IMG/VR virus record: IMGVR_UViG_3300031087_000527 | Location: 81,384 to 145,383 of that record | Source: a virus | Lineage: Duplodnaviria; Heunggongvirae; Uroviricota; Caudoviricetes | Length of the DNA stretch: 64,000 nucleotides | Strand: one strand, 5' to 3' | Part shown: positions 18,548 through 28,778 of the stretch, piece by piece | How the letters are laid out: every line of letters begins with the position of its first letter | Numbering within the stretch: position 1 is the first letter of the stretch | Translations under genes and position numbers: made by a program | The notes under the pieces: model-generated | Told to the model about the DNA's origin: nothing | Seen by the model: only the letters and a program-made list of their open reading frames with translations | Database searches by the model: none

Positions 18548-20392
18548 ATGACTAAAGAAATGATAGGTCCAAACGATAGTTTTTCATTCGAGATTGCTAA
18601 GCTGAGGGATCTGATGGAAGCTGCGGAGAATCAAGGCTGGATTGATGAAATTGATGCTGTGCCTGAAGCTAAAACAGTGCGTATTGATTTTAAACAAGGC
18701 GAAAAATACAACAGGAAAAACGACTTTATTGAGCCAGTTTCTACCGTTTTAAACGAAAGTGGTAAACCTATTGATGGTACTGGCTTAAAGTTTAATGAAA
18801 GAGATATGCTGTATCTGATCAGTAATGTTGAAGGCGTTGTGAGAGCAAAAGGAGAGCAGGCCCCAAAAAGAGACGTTAGCTCGCCTGCAGTGATGGGGTT
18901 TTTTGCTATGAAGGATGGGGATGTGTATCGTATTCCCTTAAAAGATTACCTGTTAAATCTGTCTCAGAATGCGCATCCTGATTACCTTAAGAACGCAGAA
19001 CTAATGAAAGAGTATGGCATTAAACATATTCTCATGGTTATGCGTTATCCTGATGATAGAAAAATGAGTTCTCTCAAAAACTTTTCACCGAATAATGTGA
19101 AAAATCAAAAATATTTCCTTGATCCTTATTACAGCCCAAGTCTTGAGTTATTTGCGACAGATGAGTATGGCACATTCTTTTTTGAAGGTGTTGATAGCAA
19201 TATTGTTGCGTGTAAAACGGCTGAAGAGAGAAGGCCGTTGATTGCTGAATCTGTTATGGCGAGTCGCTTAAATCACGCGATTGAAACTGATTGGAGTAGA
19301 ATCGAAGAAAGTAAAGTGTTTAGCAATTCCTACATGGTGCTTGAGCCTAAAAGTATGGAGCTTCTGTTAAATGACGATAATATCTATAACCGCGCCCGTC
19401 TTATTGGTAATGTTCATAATAATGAATATGCTTTTACTTCTATTGCTGACATCCATAATGTTGTGTCAAAAGTTTATGGTTTCAAGATAACAGCGCAGGC
19501 AGGTGATGAATACAGTTTGATTGTTAAAGAGCTTAGTGAGCCTGTGAGAGAGAAATATGGCTTAATCAATGATGTGGATAGCGCAGTGGTAAACATTGTT
19601 CAGCTTGAGCGAGATGATCGCTACTGTGATATTCAGTTGAGCATGAGAAATAAAGAAGGCAATTTGATTCAACAACGTTCTTTAATGAAGCATGAGCTTA
19701 ACGAGATTCTTTGTGGAGTTCGGGCAGGTATGGGATTTACTCGCTCAGAAGAGATTAAGCATCCCTATTACGCGATAAAGAATGAAGCACACGTATTAAC
19801 TGAGAATGCTCAGGGCGATGTAGTATTAGGCGAAGCATATATGGTAAATATCAGTGATATGAAGGAGAGAGGAAATACTGAGCTTAATGCTACCCTGGAT
19901 AAACTTAAAGCCTTGGGAAATGATCACGTTTTGGTGAGCATGAAGTTTGATTTTGACTATATTCCTAATGGTCATACCGATGCGTTAAGTCGAAAGTTTA
20001 ACTCAATGGTCGGCTTTGATGCTTCTAACTTCCCGGAGATGAATATCTATGGCTTTGACAATGAAAAAGGTCAAGCTTATGATCCTAATATGCTAAAGGC
20101 TATCGGTATGGATGAGATAGTAGCAGATGCTGATAAAGTAAAAGGAATGTTGGTTGATAGCGCATTGAAAAATGAGCATAACTATCCTCGTTCAGCAATG
20201 AACTATGAATCAGCTTCTTTACATACTTTAGGCGTAAAGGATGTGTTTGCTTTGATTGACGACAATGCCTTAAGGCATGTTGATTTCGAAAAAAGAACAT
20301 ACCAATACAAGAGTGAGTTCAATGTTGCGTGTGTTAATAAAGCGGCTAAAAACGCACTGAGGCTAAAATCATCTGGCCCAAGGCCTCACTAA
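18548..20392 (+). CDS. Large hypothetical protein (614 aa), paralog of previous gene
   Basis: AAGGA RBS; ends SSGPRPH. Confidence 0.85.
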   Translation: MTKEMIGPNDSFSFEIAKLRDLMEAAENQGWIDEIDAVPEAKTVRIDFKQGEKYNRKNDFIEPVSTVLNESGKPIDGTGLKFNERDMLYLISNVEGVVRAKGEQAPKRDVSSPAVMGFFAMKDGDVYRIPLKDYLLNLSQNAHPDYLKNAELMKEYGIKHILMVMRYPDDRKMSSLKNFSPNNVKNQKYFLDPYYSPSLELFATDEYGTFFFEGVDSNIVACKTAEERRPLIAESVMASRLNHAIETDWSRIEESKVFSNSYMVLEPKSMELLLNDDNIYNRARLIGNVHNNEYAFTSIADIHNVVSKVYGFKITAQAGDEYSLIVKELSEPVREKYGLINDVDSAVVNIVQLERDDRYCDIQLSMRNKEGNLIQQRSLMKHELNEILCGVRAGMGFTRSEEIKHPYYAIKNEAHVLTENAQGDVVLGEAYMVNISDMKERGNTELNATLDKLKALGNDHVLVSMKFDFDYIPNGHTDALSRKFNSMVGFDASNFPEMNIYGFDNEKGQAYDPNMLKAIGMDEIVADADKVKGMLVDSALKNEHNYPRSAMNYESASLHTLGVKDVFALIDDNALRHVDFEKRTYQYKSEFNVACVNKAAKNALRLKSSGPRPH

Positions 20393-20473
20393 AATAAAAA
20401 GAGCTTCGGCTCTTTTTTGTTGTCTTTGATCTGACATTTTGATAAAATAATCCCTTACTTAAAAAGAGTACTT

Positions 20474-20695
20474 ATGACTGAGCAAGAGTTGAGTGCCTGC
20501 CGTGAGGCGCTAAATGAGGCAATAGAGCGAGAAGATCTTGAGTGTGCGGACAACTTCCGTTTTGCTCGTGTTGGTAATGAAGATGAAGAGTTTGCCTTTA
20601 ACCTCGCTATTGAAAATGGTTGCTGTGGATCATTCAATCAAAAGCTGATAATTGATGGTGTTGAGTATATGATTGGATGTAACTACGGGCATTAA
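20474..20695 (+). CDS. Hypothetical protein
   Basis: Own promoter TTGTCT-N17-TAAAAT. Confidence 0.75.
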   Translation: MTEQELSACREALNEAIEREDLECADNFRFARVGNEDEEFAFNLAIENGCCGSFNQKLIIDGVEYMIGCNYGH

Positions 20696-20701
20696 AAAAG
20701 C

Positions 20702-20730
20702 TTGTATTTGTTGTCATAACTTGCTATACT
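20702..20730 (+). promoter_or_regulatory. sigma70-like promoter with GTTGTC in spacer
   Basis: TTGTAT-N17-TATACT, GTTGTC at 20710-15. Confidence 0.75.
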
Positions 20731-20766
20731 CTTTTGACTGAACTGAGACAATTACTGGAGAATACA

Positions 20767-20991
20767 ATGGCTATCAAATCCCGCACTAACGAAAAACCAA
20801 CGATTGACCTTCATGGGCCGGATGGTAATGTGTTTGCTTTGATGGGACATGCTCGTAAGCTTGGTAAGCAGCTTGGTTTTTCTGCAGGGAAAGCTGATGC
20901 TTTGCGTAAAGAAATGATGTCTGGCAATTATCAAAATGCTATCGAAACATTTGACCGTGAGTTTGGCGACTACGTTGATTTAATCAAATAA
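20767..20991 (+). CDS. Hypothetical phage-type protein
   Basis: GGAG RBS; IDLHGPDGNVFALMG...SGNY motif. Confidence 0.8.
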   Translation: MAIKSRTNEKPTIDLHGPDGNVFALMGHARKLGKQLGFSAGKADALRKEMMSGNYQNAIETFDREFGDYVDLIK

Positions 20992-21001
20992 GGCGTTCTA
21001 T

Positions 21002-21214
21002 ATGAATATGAATATGAATATTCTTACAGTGATGTTGGGCGTAGTGCTTTTGGTGTGTATTTTTATGGCGCTGTTAGCATTTAAACAGTCAAAAATGTTT
21101 AAAGACAGTCATCCTGTAACATCGAAAGAGCTGAGAAAAGAAGCTTCCCAATTTTCAGTATTTGCTGTAATCTGTTTTATTTTTATAATCGGTGTTGTAT
21201 CATTAACTAAATGA
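21002..21214 (+). CDS. Small two-TM membrane protein
   Basis: Hydrophobic segments; operonic spacing. Confidence 0.65.
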   Translation: MNMNMNILTVMLGVVLLVCIFMALLAFKQSKMFKDSHPVTSKELRKEASQFSVFAVICFIFIIGVVSLTK

Positions 21215-21218
21215 GGAG

Positions 21219-21455
21219 ATGTCAATGAGTAAATCAGCTTTTATTGAGCAGCATTGCGATGCTGAAGTTTTCTTCAGAAACTACTACAAATATAGCTTCA
21301 CTTATCAAGGCGAAATCGATGGTAAGCAGGTGTTAGTCACATTTGGTGGTGATCCTGATGATATTTATCGCTCTGACCTCTCAGCTTCTGAAACACTCAA
21401 GGCTCTGAGTGATGAGTTTGATCTGGAAATCAGTGTTGATGGTGTAAGCCTGTAA
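21219..21455 (+). CDS. Hypothetical protein
   Basis: GAGGAG RBS. Confidence 0.75.
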   Translation: MSMSKSAFIEQHCDAEVFFRNYYKYSFTYQGEIDGKQVLVTFGGDPDDIYRSDLSASETLKALSDEFDLEISVDGVSL

Positions 21456-21474
21456 TGCTGGATAAAGGTGAGGC

Positions 21475-21660
21475 ATGATTCAATATTTTGTATTTATTGT
21501 ATTCGGTTTGCTGATGACGGTATTAAACGTCAGACAATTTCGGATGGTTTGTGAGTCAAATCCCGTTAAGTCCAGCGAGTTTAAGAATGCTGCCAAGATC
21601 TACATGATAATAACAATAATGGGCGGTATTATGCTTTACTCCCATATCCATTACGCATGA
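21475..21660 (+). CDS. Small membrane protein
   Basis: GAGG RBS; hydrophobic. Confidence 0.65.
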   Translation: MIQYFVFIVFGLLMTVLNVRQFRMVCESNPVKSSEFKNAAKIYMIITIMGGIMLYSHIHYA

Positions 21661-21825
21661 CACAACGATTAAAGAGCCATCACTGGCTCTTTTTTTTATA
21701 AGAGCATCGCAATCCATCTAGGCCTCTTTATAAGATAAATAATGACAATAAAGCCTTGTGCATGTTGGTGCTTGTTGTTATAATGAACCTAATACGAAGA
21801 CTAACTAACTTTCTAAGGGCATCAC

Positions 21826-23202
21826 ATGACCATATCTTCTATCTCTATGGCACGTTTTACTGTTCATGGTTCTGCTATTGTTGAAACTGCGCGTGATATG
21901 GTTTTAAGTGGAGAATGGGCTAAAGCATGGGCGTATTTTAACGACTATTTTGAAGATTTCCCTATGGAGCTATCTATGGCGATTCTGCGTGGCGATAAAA
22001 CGCTGACAGGCGCAAATGATGATATTCAAGTTGTCGAAGATAATGACTCTGAGGACTACAAGCAGACAGTTCGTGAGGTTTACGCAGAAGACTGTTTCTA
22101 TAGCAATGGTGAGTTTTTCCAATATTCCCATATGATTGAGCCAAAAGACTTTGAGCGCATGATGGAGAATTATGGTTTACAGCATGGCTCCCATTTTGAT
22201 CACGATAAAATGTTTGATGCGGCTGTAAAATATATGAGCAATAAAAATACAGAACGTCTTTTCCGTTTTGGCTCAACGTGGTTTATGGTTGCAGAGAAAA
22301 AAGATCCTAACACATCACCAATGTGGCTAAAAAAGTCTGACTTCGCTCGTTCAGCGATGGAGTGTTATAACATCATGAATGGCATTGAAGTGAAAAAAGA
22401 AGCGCCTAAGCCAGAGCCACAGCCCGATCCGGTCAAAGAAGAACAAAAGCGTGAACGGTCAAATGCGTATTTTAAAAATGCGCGTATGGCGTATCTTGAA
22501 GGCATGGCTCAGCAGTATAGCTATCCAAGTGTAGATATCATGGCGGATACAATGCGTGGTAAGGTGCTGGCTGCGTGTGCTGAGCGAAATGTTTCATGGA
22601 AAGAAGTTCAGTTCAAGCATAATGGTGAGGAAATCACTCAAAATGTTCCTGTAGAGCTGGTAATGGCTTATATCACCCGTGATTCAATAATCTGGAAACC
22701 AGTTTGTGAAAGCGGCCTGAAAATGGAAGGAGACTCCAGCTTCCACTCAGATTTATGGTTAGCAATGGGGAATGGCCTGAATGGTGAAGAATACAACTAT
22801 GATAATCCAGAGACAAACCGTTTCTATGACATGATCGACAGTATGCGTTTTTTCTATCAGGACGCAGGTGATTTCTCAGTGCTGAATGATGCGAAAATGG
22901 TGAAGTTCTCAGGGCGTGTGGTGTTTGAAAACAGTGAGAACATCACAGACAAAGATATTTTAGTGCTGCCGAATGCTAACCTGAAATATGAAGCGCTTGC
23001 GAAAAAAGCAGGTGTTGTGATCACTGAACGTGGAGGCCCGGTTTCTCACTTGGTGATTGTTGGTCGTGAAGATATGTTCCCGGTGCTTATCATGAAAGAC
23101 GCTATCCAGAAACTGCGTGATTATGAAAATGCTGAGATTGACTTCGAAACGAAAACCATCAAAGGGAACTATGGGCATAAAAGGTTTAATAGAGCGGAAT
23201 AA
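21826..23202 (+). CDS. Protein with C-terminal PEP-utilising enzyme mobile (phospho-His) domain
   Basis: VITERGGPVSHLVIVGRE fits the T-x-x-GG-x-x-SH phosphocarrier motif. Confidence 0.75.
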   Translation: MTISSISMARFTVHGSAIVETARDMVLSGEWAKAWAYFNDYFEDFPMELSMAILRGDKTLTGANDDIQVVEDNDSEDYKQTVREVYAEDCFYSNGEFFQYSHMIEPKDFERMMENYGLQHGSHFDHDKMFDAAVKYMSNKNTERLFRFGSTWFMVAEKKDPNTSPMWLKKSDFARSAMECYNIMNGIEVKKEAPKPEPQPDPVKEEQKRERSNAYFKNARMAYLEGMAQQYSYPSVDIMADTMRGKVLAACAERNVSWKEVQFKHNGEEITQNVPVELVMAYITRDSIIWKPVCESGLKMEGDSSFHSDLWLAMGNGLNGEEYNYDNPETNRFYDMIDSMRFFYQDAGDFSVLNDAKMVKFSGRVVFENSENITDKDILVLPNANLKYEALAKKAGVVITERGGPVSHLVIVGREDMFPVLIMKDAIQKLRDYENAEIDFETKTIKGNYGHKRFNRAE

Positions 23203-23323
23203 CCTTAAAGAATAAGCAAGAAAGGCGGCGAGTCCGCCTTTTTTATTGTCTGCCATAAAGATATGCAAAAAGAAAAGGTGGCTGGGCCACCTTTGAGAAG
23301 TTAAAAGTTAAACAGCTAAACGC

Positions 23324-23605
23324 TTAAAAAGAAAGTGTTTTAATCAGGCTCTCGCCTTCTTCAGTGAGTTCAATGGAAGGTGTGAAATAAAACTCTTCAT
23401 CATCACCATCAAACAAAATAGGATCTTCTTCGGTGATGAAACATAAACCTTTTTTAATCAGCTTTTTGTAGGTAGTCATACCTGCAGTTAGGCCATCAAG
23501 ATGGTCATTGATGTTTTTATCAGGAATCTGAGAGATAAGAATAGATCGCTTCTGAGAAAGCTGGCTTAATGCGCTCATTTCTGATTCTGTAAACTTGTGA
23601 GACAT
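23324..23605 (-). CDS. Hypothetical protein
   Basis: AGAGG RBS on minus strand. Confidence 0.7.
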   Translation of the reverse strand: MSHKFTESEMSALSQLSQKRSILISQIPDKNINDHLDGLTAGMTTYKKLIKKGLCFITEEDPILFDGDDEEFYFTPSIELTEEGESLIKTLSF

Positions 23606-23720
23606 ACTGTAAACCTCTCTGATATAGAGTTGTCATTATAGAGTAAGTGTGAAAGGCAATCAAGCTTTTTTTGATAATTCTGACAAGGAAATGGCATAAT
23701 AAAAAGAAAAGAGAGGATTT

Positions 23721-24509
23721 ATGGATAATACAGGCAATACTGTGAATAAAAATAAAATATTTGCGGAAATAATAGCAGGATATCAAAAAGAAATTACTGA
23801 TGGTTATGATAAAACTATTGATAGTTATTTAGGCTCTCTTGTTGATCAATATAATAAGAAATACGAAGAAAGCTATCCGCGAAGTGTTAAGCCAGAAGAA
23901 AGAGAGGTGTTGCTGGTTTATACGCACTCAGACAAGTCTAAGGCAGCGTTCTTTGATGCGGTCCTACAAGTAGACGTTGAGAATATAAAAAGGGCTGAGA
24001 TTGCGTCTCTGACGCTTTCAGAGCTTGAGCGGAAGTTTGTTGAACTCTCACTAGATTATACTTATATGGAAAACCATAGAGCCTCCGGCAAGGTGGTTGT
24101 AAATCCTATGAATATCTTTGGTGCTTTGGTGTTCAGAAACTTTGCTCAGGAAAAGATTGATCCAAAACTTTTAAAAGACAGCAGATATTCTCAAAAGGAA
24201 ATACTGGATTATTATTATAATGAAAGTGAAGGATACCGCAAAATCATTTCAGCTTTAGTTCATGAATTTTTATTATTGCTTTTAGAAGAGAAGGGTGTTC
24301 AGGAAAAAGAAGTAAGCATAGAGATTGCTAATAAACCAAATAATGAATACCTCTTCATGGTGAAGAAAAGAGGAACAGAAGAGGGTTTCTGGATCAGGTG
24401 TGTATTTGAGGGTGGTTATTATCAGTTCTGGAATGATAATGAAGATAGATTTGTTAATGAGTTTAATCTGGATTTAATCGTTCCAGACTATCGCGAGTCA
24501 TTAGTATAA
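23721..24509 (+). CDS. Hypothetical protein
   Basis: GAGGA RBS. Confidence 0.8.
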   Translation: MDNTGNTVNKNKIFAEIIAGYQKEITDGYDKTIDSYLGSLVDQYNKKYEESYPRSVKPEEREVLLVYTHSDKSKAAFFDAVLQVDVENIKRAEIASLTLSELERKFVELSLDYTYMENHRASGKVVVNPMNIFGALVFRNFAQEKIDPKLLKDSRYSQKEILDYYYNESEGYRKIISALVHEFLLLLLEEKGVQEKEVSIEIANKPNNEYLFMVKKRGTEEGFWIRCVFEGGYYQFWNDNEDRFVNEFNLDLIVPDYRESLV

Positions 24510-24573
24510 ACATATTGTCTTTAATCAGGAATGCTGGTACAGTAAGGTCAAATGATTAACTGAGAGATTCGCT

Positions 24574-25347
24574 ATGTTTTCTAAAATCGCTTTTAAAGGC
24601 TTGAGTAAAAACAAAGAGTTTGGTTATGCTGCTAAGCTTGATTTTTTTAGGAAAAACAAGAAAATCGAGTTTAAGCCGGGGCTGAATATTATCTATGCTC
24701 CAAATGGCACAGGCAAATCAACAATTTTGTCGATGATGGCTCTGTCTATGGCGTGTAAACAGTCAGGCGAGTCTATTGTAACAGACAAGTGGAACAGCAT
24801 GTTTGGTTTTGAAAATCTCGACGGTGTTGAGGTGTTTCACGATGGTCAGCCTGCGATGTATTGTAATCCTCGTGAAGCGGTTGGATTGATCGGTGGCTCA
24901 GCGGCTTTTGATGATGATTTCATGTCAGAAGGCATTGCCGAGTTGCGCCTTAGCGAATCAACAGGTAAAACGACACTTTATCGTATGGGCAAGATTGTCA
25001 ATGTTTTAATGGGCAATGATAAGATTGCTGATCAGGTTAAGTTCAAAAATGTAAGTCGTGAGTATATCAAGGCAGATCGAGCAAGGCTGTTAGAAGCGCG
25101 TATTCCTGTAGGGCAGAAATCGATTTTACTTGATGAGCCAGAATCAGGTTTGGCAGTGCCTGTTCAGCAGCGTCTCTTTGCTCTGCTGGATAAAGCAGCT
25201 AAAGAACAAGACCTACAGATAATCGTGGCAACGCACTCTGTATTTGCTTTAGGATGCGATGCAAACTTTATTGAACTTGAACCGGAGTATGTGGTTTCTG
25301 CAAAAGCAAGCGTAATGTGTTTGCTGTCAGCAATATTAGTAAAATAA
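24574..25347 (+). CDS. ABC-type (AAA family) ATPase, soluble
   Basis: Walker A APNGTGKS, Walker B ILLDEPE, H-loop VATHS. Confidence 0.85.
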   Translation: MFSKIAFKGLSKNKEFGYAAKLDFFRKNKKIEFKPGLNIIYAPNGTGKSTILSMMALSMACKQSGESIVTDKWNSMFGFENLDGVEVFHDGQPAMYCNPREAVGLIGGSAAFDDDFMSEGIAELRLSESTGKTTLYRMGKIVNVLMGNDKIADQVKFKNVSREYIKADRARLLEARIPVGQKSILLDEPESGLAVPVQQRLFALLDKAAKEQDLQIIVATHSVFALGCDANFIELEPEYVVSAKASVMCLLSAILVK

Positions 25348-25436
25348 AAGAAAGCAGCTTCGGCTGCTTTTTTGTTGTTTGTAATACATGATTATGGTAT
25401 ATTATCGCAATAAATAATAATCAAAGAGAGGCGATA

Positions 25437-26102
25437 ATGAGCTACAACGGCGAAACAATCCTTTATATCAGAAATGACAGTGTAGTGCCGTTTGCAAAGA
25501 AGAATGTGTTAACTTTTTTCGATAATCCTTTTATTGAGTTAATGGAAAATTATGGAGACAGCCAAAACAACGTAAATCTTTACAACTCCATCTGGAGTTT
25601 TGATGCTCTGAAAGAGCGTTATGGTTCACGTAAGGTGGTTATGCCTCTGTGGACATGTCAGGAAGACCTGATGACGCAAATCGACGTTAAAGACTTTGAT
25701 GACTATGTTTATGTGGGTGATGCGTTGTGGGCGAAGCCTGCGGCTTTCGGTTATGACAGAAAATCATTTGATCTAAGTTCACTTCAAATGGATGTGTTCG
25801 AAAAATGGAACGCATTGTCATTTGAAGGTCAAGACATCGTATATACGCCTGATTATGTAAAAACAGATGTTGAAGTAGAAGTTATTACCTTTGCGTTTGA
25901 AGTTGCTGAAAACACAGCGTCTCGTATTGATCGATATAACTTTAGAGATAACTATCCAAGAAGTTATCAAATCCATGCTGATTTGGCTTTTATCACCCGT
26001 CAGGATGATTATGAGGCGTGGTGTGGTATTAAAGATTTTTCTGATGAGTGTGAGCTGCCAGGTTTCATTGAAGGCAAACACATCGCAATGCTAAACTATT
26101 AA
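25437..26102 (+). CDS. Hypothetical protein
   Basis: GAGAGG RBS; own promoter. Confidence 0.8.
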   Translation: MSYNGETILYIRNDSVVPFAKKNVLTFFDNPFIELMENYGDSQNNVNLYNSIWSFDALKERYGSRKVVMPLWTCQEDLMTQIDVKDFDDYVYVGDALWAKPAAFGYDRKSFDLSSLQMDVFEKWNALSFEGQDIVYTPDYVKTDVEVEVITFAFEVAENTASRIDRYNFRDNYPRSYQIHADLAFITRQDDYEAWCGIKDFSDECELPGFIEGKHIAMLNY

Positions 26103-26113
26103 TAGGAGACAAT

Positions 26114-26452
26114 ATGAGTAAAGTAAGCAACATGGCATTGAATGAGATTAAAGATGGTCTGAATGGAATGTCTGAACCTATGTATTCTATGAAAAACGAC
26201 GCATATAATATTTCTGATGAAGCCGCCAAAAACTTTCAAAAGTTGAATGATGTGCTTAAAGCGCTTTCCCATGATTCAGTTGAGATCGCCAACAAAGATA
26301 ATCTGTTGAAGGCATTGACCGAAGTGGCCCTATCACAGAAAAATAACGTAGGATATCACAGTCGTTTTGAACAATCCCGGAATACCATCCAGGATAAAAA
26401 CATGAAATGCCAGCATTGGATTTCAGCATTAATCGAAGATTTGAAAGGATAA
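26114..26452 (+). CDS. Hypothetical protein
   Basis: AGGAG RBS. Confidence 0.8.
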   Translation: MSKVSNMALNEIKDGLNGMSEPMYSMKNDAYNISDEAAKNFQKLNDVLKALSHDSVEIANKDNLLKALTEVALSQKNNVGYHSRFEQSRNTIQDKNMKCQHWISALIEDLKG

Positions 26453-26459
26453 TTGAGTA

Positions 26460-26870
26460 ATGATTTTAACTCAGCCTAAACCTGTCATGCTAACCGTAGA
26501 GCAGGAGCGCGCCTTTACTGAGGCTAAAGAGTTTTATCACGAGAATATGTTAAAATACTCGTTTATCTACCGCTATTTTCCATTTTTATTTAAAAAGAAA
26601 ATCGCACAGTTTCTGGAGAAGTCTGATTATTATTTTGAAATCAGTCGGCGGAAAACAGAGGTCTTTAAATATAAAGTTGCTCAGGTTTTGGCATCAGGTG
26701 ATTATTATGTAAATGGTTTTAGTCATTATATTTTCAAAATCGATGGTGTTGAGCATAAGTATGGCGTTCTGGAAATCAGTGATGACATCTTTGAGACTGC
26801 TCGTTTTTTAATGGCTCAGCAAGAAAAAGAAAATAACCAATCTGCCAATATTATTCAGTTAAAAAAGTGA
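26460..26870 (+). CDS. Hypothetical protein
   Basis: Operonic spacing. Confidence 0.75.
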   Translation: MILTQPKPVMLTVEQERAFTEAKEFYHENMLKYSFIYRYFPFLFKKKIAQFLEKSDYYFEISRRKTEVFKYKVAQVLASGDYYVNGFSHYIFKIDGVEHKYGVLEISDDIFETARFLMAQQEKENNQSANIIQLKK

Positions 26871-26876
26871 GGAAGC

Positions 26877-27368
26877 ATGAAAGCAAGGTTTAACGTTCAG
26901 GAACTTATCGATTTATGTCGGCTGGCACCCGAAAACGAAAGTGCTAAAGCTCTGCTGAAATCGCTTCAGGATTCTCAGGTGGGTCATAAGCAAGCTACAT
27001 CACGTTTTGATTTGGTGCTTTATTTGAATATTGACCACAAGAAAGCGCATATGATTGATAATAAGGCAGTAAATATCAATGAGAAGGTAAGCTCTGATGT
27101 TGATGTTTATGATCATATTAAAAAAGTTGTGTTAAATACGGTTATTGTCTGTGATGATGATACGGTAAAAGAGAAAGTAAATAGCTCACTTGCTGCTTTG
27201 ACTGAAAAAATCGAGCAAAGCAAAGCCGAACTGCAGGATAAGGAATGTCATGAGGTCAACATGTTTTTTGATGATGGCCTGATTGAGTTTGACTGCACGG
27301 TCATGAGAACCACCAGTGTTTTAAGAAACCTGTCGTTAGGTGAGTTTGATTTTTCGACTAAAGAGTAA
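26877..27368 (+). CDS. Hypothetical protein
   Basis: GAGGA RBS. Confidence 0.8.
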   Translation: MKARFNVQELIDLCRLAPENESAKALLKSLQDSQVGHKQATSRFDLVLYLNIDHKKAHMIDNKAVNINEKVSSDVDVYDHIKKVVLNTVIVCDDDTVKEKVNSSLAALTEKIEQSKAELQDKECHEVNMFFDDGLIEFDCTVMRTTSVLRNLSLGEFDFSTKE

Positions 27369-27397
27369 AAGAAGATAGCCTTTATGCGAATAAAGGC

Positions 27398-27426
27398 TTG
27401 TACATGACAACAAGGCAATGTATAAT
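27398..27426 (+). promoter_or_regulatory. tRNA promoter with GACAAC in spacer
   Basis: TTGTAC-N17-TATAAT, 14 nt upstream of the tRNA. Confidence 0.8.
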
Positions 27427-27440
27427 CCCTTTTATCAAAT

Positions 27441-27517
<77 letters not shown>

Positions 27518-27535
27518 CTAACTCACTATACAGAG

Positions 27536-28057
27536 ATGAATCTAATGGAAAACCGTGTAAAAGCTGCTCGTTGTTTTGATACCAGTTCTGCCGATCTGAC
27601 AGTGGATAGCTGGATTTCTTTTATTGAAAATGATCGCCTGAATCTGGATGCCGCTTATCAGCGTGATTATGTTTGGGGCTATACTGAGCAAAATATGTTT
27701 TTGCTGAGCGTTGTTCGTGGTGCGCCGCTGAGTGCCATCTCTGTAGTAAAAACTCACAATGAGCGCGGCAACTTCATTCTTGAAGTGGTAGACGGTAAAC
27801 AGCGTCTGACCACTCTGAAAAAGTTCCTGAACAATGAGATCGCAGTTCGGCTGAATCAGCAGGATGTTTACTACAAAGATTTCAACAGTGCCGAGCAAAA
27901 CTCCTTTAGTTCTGTAGCACTGCCTAAAATCGAACTGCGCAATGCAACGACTGCGGATAAGCTGAAGTTTTTCCTGAGCATTAACTTCACTGGTGTTCCT
28001 CAGAGTGAAGAACATCACAAAAAAGTGCTGACCATGCTGGGCGAAACGGCCTGTTAA
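27536..28057 (+). CDS. Stand-alone DUF262 (GmrS/ParB-like) domain protein
   Basis: YQRDYVW and VVDGKQRLTT signatures. Confidence 0.85.
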   Translation: MNLMENRVKAARCFDTSSADLTVDSWISFIENDRLNLDAAYQRDYVWGYTEQNMFLLSVVRGAPLSAISVVKTHNERGNFILEVVDGKQRLTTLKKFLNNEIAVRLNQQDVYYKDFNSAEQNSFSSVALPKIELRNATTADKLKFFLSINFTGVPQSEEHHKKVLTMLGETAC

Positions 28058-28095
28058 TAATTTAAGCCCTTTGGGGCTTTTGAGAAGGAAAAGTT

Positions 28096-28704
28096 ATGAG
28101 CGAAGATCGTAAACTCGTTTTTATTCTTGCTAAAGAAGAGACGCAAGAGGTTGCCAACTCATTATGTACGCCTGAAAATATCATTGCGCGTCAGCAAGAG
28201 ATTTATAAAAAAGAAGGTATGACTACGAAAACGCTTGATGTGGCTGGCCCAACGGATATGCTACCACATTTTATTATGTTGGCATTCATAGGTGTCCTTA
28301 TTGTGGTGGGTAATAATATTTCCGTGCTTTTCGAGAGTTTTTGGAAATATTCTTTTATGGTTGCCCTATCCCTTTCGTTTTTCTGTTTTGCACTTCACCT
28401 GATCGATAATGGCATGTACGGGCTACGAGATAAATGGATTAAGCGCAACGTGATGGAGAACTTTAAAAAGAAATCGTCATTAAGGTATGTTGCGGGTCAA
28501 CTTTTTTACGAAAAAGCTGGACGGTATGAAATATCTCCACTTCTGAAGAAAATTATTGAAAAGACGGAAATCTTTACTGATACTGAGCTTTACCACCTCA
28601 AAGTAAAAGGAGAAGGTAAAATCAGGCTGGCAGATATTGAGGCGATAACAGAAAATGATTTCAAATATCTGCATTTTAAACAGCAAGCGAAGAAAATAGC
28701 ATAA
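28096..28704 (+). CDS. Membrane protein (two TM)
   Basis: AAGGA RBS; two hydrophobic helices. Confidence 0.75.
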   Translation: MSEDRKLVFILAKEETQEVANSLCTPENIIARQQEIYKKEGMTTKTLDVAGPTDMLPHFIMLAFIGVLIVVGNNISVLFESFWKYSFMVALSLSFFCFALHLIDNGMYGLRDKWIKRNVMENFKKKSSLRYVAGQLFYEKAGRYEISPLLKKIIEKTEIFTDTELYHLKVKGEGKIRLADIEAITENDFKYLHFKQQAKKIA

Positions 28705-28778
28705 TCACAGAAAGCCGCATAAGCGGCTTTTTTGCGTTGCTGATAAGAATAGATTATAATCACTAAAAAAGGTGAGCC

